DNA of 64,000 nt, filler included, from Myxococcota bacterium (GCA_023150835.1; 10 parts of 10 records of this genome joined end to end with filler, not necessarily neighbours in it), one strand, 5' to 3'. Positions 9,556-19,979 are shown, numbered from the whole stretch's first letter. Program-made: numbers and translations. Notes: generated by a model not told the origin, from the sequence alone.

Positions 9556-11232
9556 TCACTTTCCGATACAAAAGCGTGAGAAGATCGCATCCAAGATCGC
9601 TTCGGAGGAAAGCTCTCCCGTGATCTCGACAAGGGCTTTTCGTGCGGTGCGAAGGTCTTCTGCGAGAAATTCGGGTCCGAGTGAAGCGCCTTTTTCGCGG
9701 GCTTGGAGGAGCGCGTGAAGGGCCGTTTGTAAGGCGCGGTGTTGGCGTTCGTTGGTGATGATCAGTTCGTGCGCGGGTGCGGTCTCTTCCATGTGGTGGT
9801 GTAACCATTGACGCAACGAATCCAGTCCCTCCCCGTTTTGGCAACTTACGGAAAAACGCGCAAGGGGCGAAAACAGGGCCATGTCTTGTTCAGAGATCGC
9901 GGGAGGGAGATCGCACTTGTTGAGCAAAAGGACGGTAGGACGGCCAGAACAGGCTTGCGCGACTTGGCGATCTTCTTCTCCAAAAGGCCGAGAGCGATCG
10001 AGGACAGCCAAGATCAATTGGGCTTGTTGTGCAGCGCGCAGGGCACGCTCTACTCCGATCTGTTCGATATCTTCGTGGGTACAAGTGCCTTCTTCGGAGT
10101 GTGCGATCGGGGGGGCGGTATCGCGCAGAGCGGATGGGGTATGTGAGGAGGCGTTGTGTGCGGAGGCTGTAGGTTGTAGAGAAGGGGTGTGTGAGGAGGC
10201 GTTGTGTGCGGAGGCTGTAGGTTGTAGAGAAGGGTTGTGGGGGGAGGCGTTGTGTGCGGAGGCTGTAGGTTGTAGAGAAGGGTTGTGGGGGGAGGCGTCG
10301 TGTGCGGAGGCTGTAGGTTGTAGAGAAGGGGTGTGTGGGGAGGGGAGAGCGTGGTTTGGTGTGTAGCGTTGGCGCAAGCCGGCGGAGTCGATTAGGCGGA
10401 TCTGTAGGCCACCCAAGGCGATTTGAGCTTCAAGCAGATCGCGTGTTGTGCCGGGGAGGGGTGTGACGATGGCGCGATCATCACCATGAAGGCGATTGAA
10501 GAGGCTGGATTTTCCGGCATTGGGGCGTCCAAGGAGCAGGAGGGACCAGCCTTGTTGAAGCTGTTTGCCTTGGGCGTAGGAGTCGGCGAGTTTTCGGACG
10601 TCTTGGGTGAAAGCGTCCATCTCGTCAAAGATCAAGCGGACGGAAGCATCGAGGGAAGGATCGAATTCTTCGGGGAAGTCGATCCAGCTTTCGACGCGGA
10701 CAGCGAGAGTGAGGGAGCGTTCGGCAAGTTGATCGAGGTGTTGTTTGAGGTCGCCTTGGAGGTGGCGTCGTGCGACGTGCAGGGCTTGTTCATTTTTGGC
10801 GGCGATCAGATCGATAATGGCCTCTGCACGGGTGAGATCGAGGCGACCGTTGAGAAAAGCGCGTCGAGTGAATTCGCCCGGTTGTGCGGGACGTGCGCCA
10901 AGATCGAGGATGACGCGCAAGATCTGCAAGAGGTTGAGTCGCCCACCGTGCATCTGAAACTCGATCACGTCGTCGCCCGTATAAGAGCGTCCTTTCGGCA
11001 TCCACACGCCCAAGCCTTCGTCCAAGATCGCGCCCGAAGTGTCGCGGCATTGGCCGAGATACATACGATGAGGCTCCCATGTTGCGGGGGGGATTGTGCA
11101 TTGAAAGACGATTTGGGCGATGTCACGGGCTTTTGGGCCGCTGATGCGCAAGATGCCGATGCCACCTTCTCCGATGGCGGTGGCGATGGCGGCGATGGTG
11201 TCGTGGGGTGAGGTCTGTTGTTCTAGATACAA
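9556..11232 (-). CDS. mnmE: tRNA modification GTPase MnmE with an internal repeat insertion
   Basis: DTIAAIAT, GRPNAGKSS, GTTRD, DSAG, NKCD and C-terminal FCIGK; probable TTG start overlapping the SDR stop. Confidence 0.95.
   Translation of the reverse strand: MYLEQQTSPHDTIAAIATAIGEGGIGILRISGPKARDIAQIVFQCTIPPATWEPHRMYLGQCRDTSGAILDEGLGVWMPKGRSYTGDDVIEFQMHGGRLNLLQILRVILDLGARPAQPGEFTRRAFLNGRLDLTRAEAIIDLIAAKNEQALHVARRHLQGDLKQHLDQLAERSLTLAVRVESWIDFPEEFDPSLDASVRLIFDEMDAFTQDVRKLADSYAQGKQLQQGWSLLLLGRPNAGKSSLFNRLHGDDRAIVTPLPGTTRDLLEAQIALGGLQIRLIDSAGLRQRYTPNHALPSPHTPSLQPTASAHDASPHNPSLQPTASAHNASPHNPSLQPTASAHNASSHTPSLQPTASAHNASSHTPSALRDTAPPIAHSEEGTCTHEDIEQIGVERALRAAQQAQLILAVLDRSRPFGEEDRQVAQACSGRPTVLLLNKCDLPPAISEQDMALFSPLARFSVSCQNGEGLDSLRQWLHHHMEETAPAHELIITNERQHRALQTALHALLQAREKGASLGPEFLAEDLRTARKALVEITGELSSEAILDAIFSRFCIGK
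10140..10340. repeat. 48-bp in-frame tandem repeat x4 inside mnmE
   Basis: Encodes HxPSLQPTASAHxASx four times. Confidence 0.9.
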
Positions 11233-12017
11233 GAGGTTCGGCCCCCATCGACGGGCAAACAGACGCCACGTATATAAGAAGCAGCAGGGGACGCAAGAAA
11301 GGCGATGGCAGCGCCGAGTTCTTCGGCATGACCGAGGCGGCCTTCGGGGATGCTTTTGATCCATTCGTCTTCGATGGTGGCGATGTCGACCCCTGCGGCA
11401 GCGGCGCGTGATTGGGCGAGAGAGACAAGGCGCTCGGTCATCGTAAAGCCGGGAAGGAGGCTGTTGATGGTGATCTGGGGGGGAAGTTCAAGGGAGAGGG
11501 TTTTGGCCCAAGAGGCCATCGCCCCGCGTATGGTGTTGCTGACGCCGAGGTTGGGGATGGGCTGGCGAACGGAAGTGGAGAGGATGTTGATGATCCGCCC
11601 GTATTGTTCGGCCTGCATCCCGGGCAACAACAAGCCGAGGATGCGTTGGGAGGCGAGCAAGTGGCGACCGATGGCCTTGAGGAAATCTTCTTCGGTGGCG
11701 TCGACAAGTCGGCCGGGTGCGGGGCCGCCCGTGTTGTTGATCCAGATGTGGATCGGGCCGTATTGTTCGAGGTGTTCGGAGAGGGTACGGGCCAAGGTCT
11801 CGCGATCATCGAGGTCGGCAACAAGGGCGAGTGCGCGTGCGGAACCTTGCTGTTCTAAGATCGGCAAGAGGTCGGTGAGACGGTCTTTTCGGCGTGCGAG
11901 GACAGTGATCTTTGCGCCCATCGAAGCCATGACACGGGCAGAGGCTTCACCGATCCCTGCACTCCCACCGCAAACAAGGGCATGTTTTCCCTCAAGTGTA
12001 AATCCGTATTGTTTCAT
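11223..12017 (-). CDS. SDR family oxidoreductase (FabG-like)
   Basis: GGSAGIG, NNTGGP, SNTIR, ITINSLLPG, VDGG. Confidence 0.9.
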   Translation of the reverse strand: MKQYGFTLEGKHALVCGGSAGIGEASARVMASMGAKITVLARRKDRLTDLLPILEQQGSARALALVADLDDRETLARTLSEHLEQYGPIHIWINNTGGPAPGRLVDATEEDFLKAIGRHLLASQRILGLLLPGMQAEQYGRIINILSTSVRQPIPNLGVSNTIRGAMASWAKTLSLELPPQITINSLLPGFTMTERLVSLAQSRAAAAGVDIATIEDEWIKSIPEGRLGHAEELGAAIAFLASPAASYIRGVCLPVDGGRTSCI

Positions 12018-12484
12018 CCTTGCGAGCCTTTGAGGGTTTTGAGGGTTTCGAGAGCGCGTTCTGCGTGGATATGCATGTTGAATTCGTTGGAAAAGGCTTC
12101 GATGATCTGCTTTTTCTTGGGGTCCACAACAAAGGTGGCGCGGCGGATCTTGAGTAGTCCGCCCAAGCGCAGCACGCCAAATTCCCGACTCAAAGATTTG
12201 TCGGTATCGGCGATCAAAGGGAAGGGGAGGTTGTATTGTTTTCGGAAGCGTTCGTGCTTTTCGTCGCTATCGAGGCTGATGCCAAACAATGCAGCGCCTT
12301 CTTGGGTGAGATCGCCAAAGGCATCGCGGAAGCTACAGACTTCTTTGGTGCATCCTGGGGTGAAGTCTCCCGGGTAAAAAAAGAAGATCACTGCGCTGTG
12401 AGCGCGCAGATCGTCGAGCGTATGGGTTTGTCCGCTGGATGTTTTGAAGGAAAGCTCTGGAAGTGTATCGCCTTTTGTTTTCAT
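12014..12484 (-). CDS. bcp: Peroxiredoxin, BCP/PrxQ family
   Basis: FFYPGDFTPGCTKEVCSFRD. Confidence 0.9.
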   Translation of the reverse strand: MKTKGDTLPELSFKTSSGQTHTLDDLRAHSAVIFFFYPGDFTPGCTKEVCSFRDAFGDLTQEGAALFGISLDSDEKHERFRKQYNLPFPLIADTDKSLSREFGVLRLGGLLKIRRATFVVDPKKKQIIEAFSNEFNMHIHAERALETLKTLKGSQG

Positions 12485-12774
12485 CGATTCTCCGATGTTG
12501 CGGGGTGGTGTGGCACGCAGTTATAGGGCGGCTGAGTGCGATCTGCAAGACGCATTCGCAGGTTCGTTGATTCGACACGGCGACATCCGCCTCGAATCGG
12601 GCCTATGGTTGCGCGATGGCGAGAGGATGACGGGTTGGAGGGCGAGGATTCACCTTTTTTTCGCATTTTTTTTGCGTCGGGTTCGATTGGCACAGTATCT
12701 TTGGGACAAGGGTGAAACGAGCCTGCTCTGTGCGTAGAGCAAGCCCCCCCCACCATCGGTGTAATTGACCGATA

Positions 12775-12892
12775 ATACGAAATCCGCTCGTTGTGTGATC
12801 GTAAAGATGTAGGGGCAGCCCCCCCGTGACTGCCCAACGACAGGGCGTCTACGCACTATCCTTTGCGCACACATCACTCGGATATCGTATAA
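12775..12892 (+). repeat. REP element
   Basis: ATACGAAATCCG...GTAGGGGCAGCCCCCCGTGACTGCCC. Confidence 0.75.
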
Positions 12893-13024
12893 TCCGCAAA
12901 CACAGCGTTTTTTCCGTTTCGTGGATGGGTTGTGAGTTGGCCTGTTTGAGGTTGCGTGTGTTGGTCTGAGGGCATCGATTTTCCAACAAATGGCGGGATT
13001 CGCCTGTTTTATAGGGGCTTTTGG

Positions 13025-13954
13025 ATGAAAACACAAGATTGGAAAACCAAGCGTGTGGGTGTGTTGTACGGTGGGCTTTCTTCGGAGCGTGAGGTCTCGT
13101 TGAGGTCGGGTGAAGCGGTGGCGAGTGCGTTGGAGCGTCGAGGCTACCGAGTCCAACGGATCGACGTGGGTCGTGATCTTCCGTTTGCGCTTCGAGAACA
13201 CGGGATCGAAGTGGCTGTGATCGTGTTGCATGGAAAATACGGCGAAGACGGTTGTGTCCAAGGGATGTTGGAACTGATGGGGATCCCGTACACGGGTTCG
13301 GGAGTGCAGGCTTCGGCGATCGCGATGCACAAGACGTTGAGCAAAAAGCTGTTTCTTGCGGCGGGATTGCCGACGCCGATGTACCACCAAACGACGGCGG
13401 GAGCCTTGCGCGATCAAACGCTGTTGGATCTGTCTTGCGCGCAGGGAGCCGTGGTCAAGCCGCCTTGCGAAGGGTCAAGCGTGGGGATCTCGATCTGCCT
13501 TGATGATGCGGCGCTTCAGAAGGCAGCCCAAGGTTTTTCGCCCGAGACAGAGCTGTTGGTGGAGGCTTTTATCGAAGGAGCCGAGATCACGGTGGCGATC
13601 TTGGACGAAGAAGCGGCGATGCCGCTCCAGATCGTCCCAGCAGAGGGCTTTTATGACTACCAAGCCAAGTACCAACGCAAAGACACCCAATATCTTTGCC
13701 CTGCGCCGATATCGAGCAGTTTGCTTGTCGAAGCGCAACGGCTTTCACTTGGGGCGCACAAAGCCCTCGGATGTCGCGGCGTGACTCGCGTGGATCTGAT
13801 GTTGGACAAGCAAGAGCAGTTTTGGTTGCTCGAAGTCAACACGTTGCCCGGGATGACCGCGACCAGTTTGACCCCCAAGATGGCCGCGCAACGTGGGATG
13901 TCTTTCGAGGATCTGTGTGAGATGATCTTGCGAGACGCTTCACTGCAACGCTAA
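13025..13954 (+). CDS. ddl: D-alanine--D-alanine ligase
   Basis: GGLSSEREVSLRSG, LHGKYGEDG, EGSSVG, FYDYQAKY, LEVNTLPGMT. Confidence 0.96.
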   Translation: MKTQDWKTKRVGVLYGGLSSEREVSLRSGEAVASALERRGYRVQRIDVGRDLPFALREHGIEVAVIVLHGKYGEDGCVQGMLELMGIPYTGSGVQASAIAMHKTLSKKLFLAAGLPTPMYHQTTAGALRDQTLLDLSCAQGAVVKPPCEGSSVGISICLDDAALQKAAQGFSPETELLVEAFIEGAEITVAILDEEAAMPLQIVPAEGFYDYQAKYQRKDTQYLCPAPISSSLLVEAQRLSLGAHKALGCRGVTRVDLMLDKQEQFWLLEVNTLPGMTATSLTPKMAAQRGMSFEDLCEMILRDASLQR

Positions 13955-13974
13955 CACGATTCCAGAAAGATGCG

Positions 13975-14062
13975 CGATCGAAGGGTCGTGCGTAGACGCC
14001 CTCTGCTTGGGCAGCCACAGGAGGCTACGTTTTATGATCACACACCCTGCGGATTTCGTATC
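13975..14062 (-). repeat. Degenerate REP element between ddl and ftsQ
   Basis: GCCCTCTGCTTGGGCAGCCACAGG...CGGATTTCGTAT. Confidence 0.6.
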
Positions 14063-14149
14063 AAGGCCGATAGAGCCAACGCTTACGCGCTTTGGTGTGC
14101 TGATGCTTCCATCTCGTTATAACGCAAAAGACCGATAGGGCGAGGGATC

Positions 14150-15007
14150 ATGCCGTCTGTGTTGTTTTCTTTCCAGCGTCGAAATCGACGTCGAGTGCCT
14201 ACAGCGATGCGAGTGCGGATCGTGGCGCGCTTGTTTTCGCGGCTTGTGCGTTTTGGTCGCCCGCTGCTTGTGCCGTTGTTGCTGATCTTTTTGGTGCATC
14301 AAGCGTATGCTTTTGCGCTGCGAACTCCGTTCTTTGCGCTGCGCGAAGTCAATGTCTCTGCAAAACAGCCGCTATCCGCCGAACAATTGTTGCGCATCGC
14401 AGGGATCCAGCGTGGCCAAAACTTGCTTGCGTTGGATCTGTCGGTGGCAGCAAAGCGTTTGCGAGCCTATCCACACATCGCCCGTTCTCGGATTCGACGG
14501 GAGCTTCCAAATCGTCTGGTGTTCGATGTGGTGGTGTATCAGCCTGCGGCGGTGTTGCAGTTGGATCACCCCTATTTTCTAGACAAAGAAGGGCGGATCT
14601 TTGCGCGGGTATACGACACGCGAGCCGCTCGTGATCTGTTGCGCATCAGCGGTCTTGATCGCAAAGAGGTGGATCGCGATCCAAAAGCCTTTCGTGCGTT
14701 CTTTCGCCAAGCTCTTGCGCTGCGTGAACTGTATGATCAGCTTCGTTTGACGCAATTCAAGCGCCTTTTCGAAGTGCAAGTCGACCCTGTTCTCGGTTAT
14801 ATCTTGCACGCGGGTGAGGGGCGGATTTATCTCGGTCACGATCAATACCGCCAACGTCTGCAACGAGTCCATCAGATCTACACCTACTTTGCGCAACAAG
14901 GCGTTCATTCATTGCGCTATCTCTACGCCAATCAACAAGAAAATCCACAGCGTGTTGCCGTTCAAATCGCGGGAGCCGTCCCGTTACCAAGCACGCCCAA
15001 GCCCTAA
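14150..15007 (+). CDS. ftsQ: Cell division protein FtsQ/DivIB
   Basis: N-terminal TM helix, POTRA-like region (FALREVNVS...IRRELPNRLV); lies between ddl and ftsA. Confidence 0.88.
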   Translation: MPSVLFSFQRRNRRRVPTAMRVRIVARLFSRLVRFGRPLLVPLLLIFLVHQAYAFALRTPFFALREVNVSAKQPLSAEQLLRIAGIQRGQNLLALDLSVAAKRLRAYPHIARSRIRRELPNRLVFDVVVYQPAAVLQLDHPYFLDKEGRIFARVYDTRAARDLLRISGLDRKEVDRDPKAFRAFFRQALALRELYDQLRLTQFKRLFEVQVDPVLGYILHAGEGRIYLGHDQYRQRLQRVHQIYTYFAQQGVHSLRYLYANQQENPQRVAVQIAGAVPLPSTPKP

Positions 15008-15031
15008 TCTTTGAAAAGTCGAGCACTACCC

Positions 15032-16294
15032 ATGATCAAACCCCGTATCCATCGAGATGTGATCCTTGCTGGCCTTGATATCGGAACATCCAAGACGTGT
15101 GTTGTCGTCGGTGAACTCACCGAAGATGGCGACATCGACGTGATCGGTGTCGGCTCGCATCCATCGCGGGGTGTGACGCGAGGCCAGATCACCGATATCG
15201 AAGAAACCCGTCGAGGCATCCGTGAGGCTGTTCGTGAAGCCGAGATGATGGCGGGTTGCGCGATCCGTGAAGTGTACGTCAACGTCACAGGAAACCATAT
15301 CCGCAGCAGCAACAGCAGCGGTGTGGTTCCGCTTTCGGATCGGGTGGTGCGGGATCTCGACATCCGACGCGTCATTGATGCCGCAAGAGCGGTTCAATTC
15401 GACCAGAACGTGCAGCTTTTGCATACCCTCCCCCAAGAGTTCGTGATCGACGAACAAGACGGAATCGTCAAGCCGCTTGGGATGAGTGGGGTGCGCATGG
15501 AAGCGCGTGTCCATCTCGTCACAGCCGCTGCGGCTCGGCTTGAAAATATCAATCGCTGCGTTCAACAAAGCCAACTGCGCGTCAGTTCGTTGATCCTCAA
15601 TGCGCTCGCTGCAAGCGAAGCACTTCTGCACGAAGACGAACGCGATCTTGGCGTTGCTTTGGTCGATATCGGTGCAGGGACGACGGATATCGTGATTATC
15701 GAACACGGCAACATCGTTCATACCGCTGTTCTTCCCGTTGGAGGCGATCAGATCACCAACGATATCGCCACCAGCTTGAGCACGCCTTCGCAAGAAGCTG
15801 AGACGATCAAGATGCGTTATGGCTGCGCAACAACCGCGCTTGTGCGACCGGATGAACACTTTTTGGTCCCGGGGGTCGCAGGGCGGCGAACCCGCGAACA
15901 GCCACGCATTTTGCTTGCAGAAGTCATCCAACCTCGCGTCGAAGAGATCTTCGGGATGATCAACCATGAACTCCGCCGCTCTGGGTACGAAAATGGCCTT
16001 GCTTCGGGCCTCGTCTTAACAGGGGGATGCACCAAACTTGAAGGCATCTCGCAGATCGCTGAAGAGATCACAGGACTTCCTGTTCGACAAGGCGTCCCCC
16101 AAAACCATATCGGCGGATTGACCGAAGTGGTACGCAGCCCTGTCTATTCAACCGCCATCGGGTTGCTGCTGTTTGGGCTTCGCCTTCAACAAGACCCGTA
16201 CATCGGCTCTTTTTCTTCCCCACCCCGTCGGTTTGGCTCTTTCCGAAACAACCTGCAACATCTTTATCAGCGCTTTGCGTCTTTTTTCACATGA
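15032..16294 (+). CDS. ftsA: Cell division protein FtsA
   Basis: GLDIGTSK, GMSGVRMEARVH, VDIGAGTTD, GLVLTGG, C-terminal amphipathic helix. Confidence 0.96.
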   Translation: MIKPRIHRDVILAGLDIGTSKTCVVVGELTEDGDIDVIGVGSHPSRGVTRGQITDIEETRRGIREAVREAEMMAGCAIREVYVNVTGNHIRSSNSSGVVPLSDRVVRDLDIRRVIDAARAVQFDQNVQLLHTLPQEFVIDEQDGIVKPLGMSGVRMEARVHLVTAAAARLENINRCVQQSQLRVSSLILNALAASEALLHEDERDLGVALVDIGAGTTDIVIIEHGNIVHTAVLPVGGDQITNDIATSLSTPSQEAETIKMRYGCATTALVRPDEHFLVPGVAGRRTREQPRILLAEVIQPRVEEIFGMINHELRRSGYENGLASGLVLTGGCTKLEGISQIAEEITGLPVRQGVPQNHIGGLTEVVRSPVYSTAIGLLLFGLRLQQDPYIGSFSSPPRRFGSFRNNLQHLYQRFASFFT

Positions 16295-16301
16295 TATCGT
16301 G

Positions 16302-17156
16302 TTAGAACTTCACGTTGCCACCGACATCAACAGGCAACTGGAACATACCAAGGTCGATGGCTCCACGAAGGCGATAAGGAAACTGTTTGCTGCGGATGGC
16401 GTTGGCAACAGCGAAGCCGACTTGGATCAGGTTGACGTTGAGAGGAACATCTAAGACTGTGTGTCTTCCGCCGCCGAGTTGTTGCGCGGTGGTTTGTCCG
16501 CCGCCAAGATTGGCCCCACTCACTTCGATGCTGTATTGAAAGCCCTTGAGCGCAACGGGGAAATCGGCGCGGTTGGTCAGTTTGAGACGAAAGCTAAAGG
16601 TGGCGGTGGGAGGAAAGGGATTGATTTGAGGTGGGGAGACACTTTCGACGGACACTTCGGGTAAACGGGGGACAGGGATGTTTCCTGTGAGCGTAAAGGG
16701 GAAGTCTACCACACCAAGGACAGGCACTTTGACGCCGAAGGTCACGGCTAGATCGTAGCGAACAGAGCGCTTGTCTTGGAAGAAAGACATCAAGGCTTTG
16801 ACAAAACGCTTGTATTGGATATCGAAGGGGACGGTGATCGGGCTGGTGGCGTTGGCGGCGATGGTGACGCCACGATCTGCACGCCCTTGGAACAGCGTAA
16901 ATCCGTCGATATCGAGCTTGTAGGCGATGGTTGCGAAGGTGACGCCGACGGCGTTGGGGTTGGTGAGGGTGAAGTCAAAGTCCGTACTGACGCCTTGAAA
17001 AGAGATATCGCGTAAGCGCATCCGAACATACTGCATCTTGGGCTTTTGATAAGCGTTGTCGAGCAGGGCCGAAAGGGTCTTGCAGCCAAACAAGGGGAGC
17101 GCCAAAGACATCACAAGAAAAAGACGAAAGATAGGGTGTTTGTAGGTCGATCTCAT
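16302..17156 (-). CDS. Lipoprotein with tandem LEA type 2 (WHy) domains
   Basis: Lipobox LFGC; LTNPN and LTNRA repeats of the LEA_2 fold. Confidence 0.85.
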   Translation of the reverse strand: MRSTYKHPIFRLFLVMSLALPLFGCKTLSALLDNAYQKPKMQYVRMRLRDISFQGVSTDFDFTLTNPNAVGVTFATIAYKLDIDGFTLFQGRADRGVTIAANATSPITVPFDIQYKRFVKALMSFFQDKRSVRYDLAVTFGVKVPVLGVVDFPFTLTGNIPVPRLPEVSVESVSPPQINPFPPTATFSFRLKLTNRADFPVALKGFQYSIEVSGANLGGGQTTAQQLGGGRHTVLDVPLNVNLIQVGFAVANAIRSKQFPYRLRGAIDLGMFQLPVDVGGNVKF

Positions 17157-17267
17157 TCGAAAAACTCCTTTGCTGGGTCTGTGCGAGCAGGCTCAGTGCT
17201 TGGCAAGAAGCGCGCCAAGAGGTGCGGGCGTTCGTTTGGTGTTGTACGCGGGATGGCGGTGTTTTGT

Positions 17268-18857
17268 CTATGGCCGCCATACCGCAGGACGAGAGGCTGG
17301 TGGGAAAGCCTTGTTTGTGGGCTGCGCGGCTGCTGGTTTGTGGGGCTGCGTGGATGGGCGGAGGTCGGGCTGCGTGGCTGCTGGTTTGTGGGGCAGTGCG
17401 GATGGGCGGATGTCGGGCTGTGTGAGGGAGCGGACGGGAGGTTGTGTGGATGGGTGTGTTGTTTTTGCCCGCATATCGGGGATTTTTGATGCTGCGGGAT
17501 GTTGGGGGGCGATTCGACGGGTAGATGAGTTCGTGTGTACGGAAGTTGCGGGAAGTTGTGGGGCTGTTTTGGAGGCAGGTTTGCCGATGAGGAGGGTGTC
17601 TTGGCCGTGATAGAAGACGCCAGCGAGAGCGCCTGTCATCATGCAGGCGAGCGTTGCGGCAAACAAGGCACGAAAGGCGACAGCACTCAGATCGCGGGCG
17701 CGTTCGGGGGCGATGGCGGCCATGCCGCCCACAAAGATGCCAAGGGACGGGATATGGGCGAAGCCGCAAAGTGCGTATACCGCGATGACTGCGGAGCGTG
17801 GATCGTGGAGAGTGCCTTGTTGGAGCATCTTGGAGAGTTCGAGATAGCAGGGAAATTCTGTGAGAAAAGTGCGCGTGGCGAGCAGATGCGCCACAGACCA
17901 AGCATCTTGGGTGGGTACACCCATCAGAAGCACCAAGGGATAAAAGGCGTAACTTGCGAGACTTTGGAGGCTTTGGTGGGGCGCACCAAGGCTTTGACCC
18001 GTCCATCCGACGAAGCTGTTGGCGAGTGCAACAAGGCTCACAAACGTGATCAAGGTTGCACCAATACCCACCGCGAGTTTCGCCCCTTCCATCGAGCCTT
18101 TGATCAAAGATTCGATGCTGTTTTCGTAATGAGAGCCTTCGCTTTTGACTTCTTGGCCGAGGGTTTGGGGTGTTTCCGTTTCCGGCAAGAGCAGCTTGGA
18201 GATCAACAACGCCGCAGGGGCCGAGACGATCGAAGCGGAGATCAGATGCCCTGCGATCTGTGGAAAGCTTTGTTGAAGAAACGAAGCATACAGCGCAAGC
18301 ACCGTCGAGGCGATGGTGGCCATCCCTGCGGTCAAGATGGTGCAAAGCTCCGAACGTGTCATGGTCGAGAGATAGGGACGGATCGTCAGAGAAGATTCGA
18401 CGCCAACAAAGATATTACTCGATACACACAATGATTCAGCCCCGCTGACACGCATCAAACCTGTAAACAGCCTCGAAAAGAAGCGGATCAACATCGGCAT
18501 GAACCCGATGTGGTAAAGGAACGCCACGATCGCTGCGAAAAACACCGCAGCAGGAAGCACTTGGAAGGCCAGAAAAACGCCCAACGAGTCTTTTTGCCCC
18601 GGGGGTAGGGCCAATCGGCCAAAGACGAACGAGATGCCTTCGTTTGCGTGTGAAAGCAACGAAAACACCCCATCGTTGAGAAATGAAAAAAAGCGCCGAC
18701 CCGCCGGCAACAAAAACACCACCGCACCAAAGACAAATTGCAGCAAAACCCCCCACAAAAGCAACGAAAGATTGATCACCCGACGATGACTCGAAAATAA
18801 CCATGCCACCAAGAGAAAGCCGAAGAATCCGAAGAATGAGACGATGTTAAAGTACAT
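17268..18857 (-). CDS. nupC: NupC/NupG (CNT family) nucleoside transporter with a repetitive C-terminal tail
   Basis: GAES...NIFVG, GMATIA, SAPAAL, YALCGFAH motifs. Confidence 0.92.
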   Translation of the reverse strand: MYFNIVSFFGFFGFLLVAWLFSSHRRVINLSLLLWGVLLQFVFGAVVFLLPAGRRFFSFLNDGVFSLLSHANEGISFVFGRLALPPGQKDSLGVFLAFQVLPAAVFFAAIVAFLYHIGFMPMLIRFFSRLFTGLMRVSGAESLCVSSNIFVGVESSLTIRPYLSTMTRSELCTILTAGMATIASTVLALYASFLQQSFPQIAGHLISASIVSAPAALLISKLLLPETETPQTLGQEVKSEGSHYENSIESLIKGSMEGAKLAVGIGATLITFVSLVALANSFVGWTGQSLGAPHQSLQSLASYAFYPLVLLMGVPTQDAWSVAHLLATRTFLTEFPCYLELSKMLQQGTLHDPRSAVIAVYALCGFAHIPSLGIFVGGMAAIAPERARDLSAVAFRALFAATLACMMTGALAGVFYHGQDTLLIGKPASKTAPQLPATSVHTNSSTRRIAPQHPAASKIPDMRAKTTHPSTQPPVRSLTQPDIRPSALPHKPAATQPDLRPSTQPHKPAAAQPTNKAFPPASRPAVWRP

Positions 18858-18973
18858 CAGCGATCCTTTGTTTTGTACGAATCAACAACATAAGCCAAAG
18901 CGGAGTAGCGAATACAACGGATATCCTCGGGGCTGCACAACCTGTCAAGAGAGCTTGTTGGGTGACAAAGCAA

Positions 18974-19123
18974 AGAAGAGTCCACGGAAAACACGGAAAG
19001 AAGGCAGAAAAAGAAGGGGGGCATGGAAAGTATGCAGAAAAAGAAGGGGGCATGGAAAGTACGGAAAGAAGGCAGAAAAAGAAGGGGGCATGGAAAGTAT
19101 GGAAAGAAGGCAGAAAAAGAAGG
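18974..19123 (+). repeat. CACGGAAA-seeded imperfect tandem repeat (~38-bp units)
   Basis: AAGAAGAGTCCACGGAAAACACGGAAA followed by repeated GAAGGCAGAAAAAGAAGGGGGCATGGAAAGTA. Confidence 0.85.
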
Positions 19124-19124
19124 A

Positions 19125-19979
19125 TTAGATCTCACCCGGGAGTCCGGGTTGTGGGTCGGTGGGCTGCGGGTTGATGGGTTGTGGGTTGGTGGGGTGATTG
19201 GGTTGTGGGTTGGTGGGGTGATTGGGTTGTGGTTGATTGGGTTTTAAGTTGCGGCGAAAGATGCCGAGGGGACGGACTTGTACGCGGACATCTTCGCAGA
19301 TCTCGCGCATACGGATGGTTTGGATATGGGGTCGCCCGGGGAGGAGAGGTTGCCGAAAGTGGATGCGGTGAACGGAGATCTTGCGGGTGGCGCAGAGAAA
19401 GCCGATGACATCAAGGCCAAAGAGAACCGCATGATCGGGAGAACTGTTGTAGATCATGACGCGGACAAGGGGAGATTGAAAGGCCGTGACGCGCCATTGG
19501 AGCCAAGGGAAGCGCTTATCGGCTTGGGGTTTGCCGTGTTGTCCGGGTTGGATGGCGACGGCGTTGATCAGGATGTTGTTGCAATGAACAGGCATGGCGT
19601 AGTGGAAGGTTTGCGCGCTTTGGGGTTGAAGGGGGCTGGTGGACATACGCACCCACGTTTGCTGGGGTTTGGTGCCTTCGCAAGAAGCACCGCGAATGAA
19701 GATCAAGAGAGCGCGAAAAGGTTCGGGGCTGGTGTTGTAGATGCGATAGAGGAGACTGCGTTGGTTCACGCGGTAGGTGCGGACAGTCGGGGTGGAAGAA
19801 GGAGCAGGAAGCGCGTTGGAGAATTGGTTGGTGGTTTGGGGAGGAGGGGGTTGTTGTACGGCTTTGTTTTGGGTGACGCATCCACCGAGGAAAAGCCATA
19901 ACGCACCCAGCAGAACGGTGTACGGCAAGAGGTGTTTGTTCGGTACAAGGGATGAAGAAAAAAACGTGGTTTGCGTCAT
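19125..19979 (-). CDS. Hypothetical lipoprotein with two similar beta-rich domains
   Basis: Hydrophobic leader ending LGGC; YRIYNTS and VMIYNSS internal duplication; PxNPQP tail. Confidence 0.7.
   Translation of the reverse strand: MTQTTFFSSSLVPNKHLLPYTVLLGALWLFLGGCVTQNKAVQQPPPPQTTNQFSNALPAPSSTPTVRTYRVNQRSLLYRIYNTSPEPFRALLIFIRGASCEGTKPQQTWVRMSTSPLQPQSAQTFHYAMPVHCNNILINAVAIQPGQHGKPQADKRFPWLQWRVTAFQSPLVRVMIYNSSPDHAVLFGLDVIGFLCATRKISVHRIHFRQPLLPGRPHIQTIRMREICEDVRVQVRPLGIFRRNLKPNQPQPNHPTNPQPNHPTNPQPINPQPTDPQPGLPGEI

Noticed and set aside
10070..10370. MnmE insertion as an intein
   Set aside because: No N-terminal Cys/Ser block or terminal His-Asn; it is a simple tandem repeat
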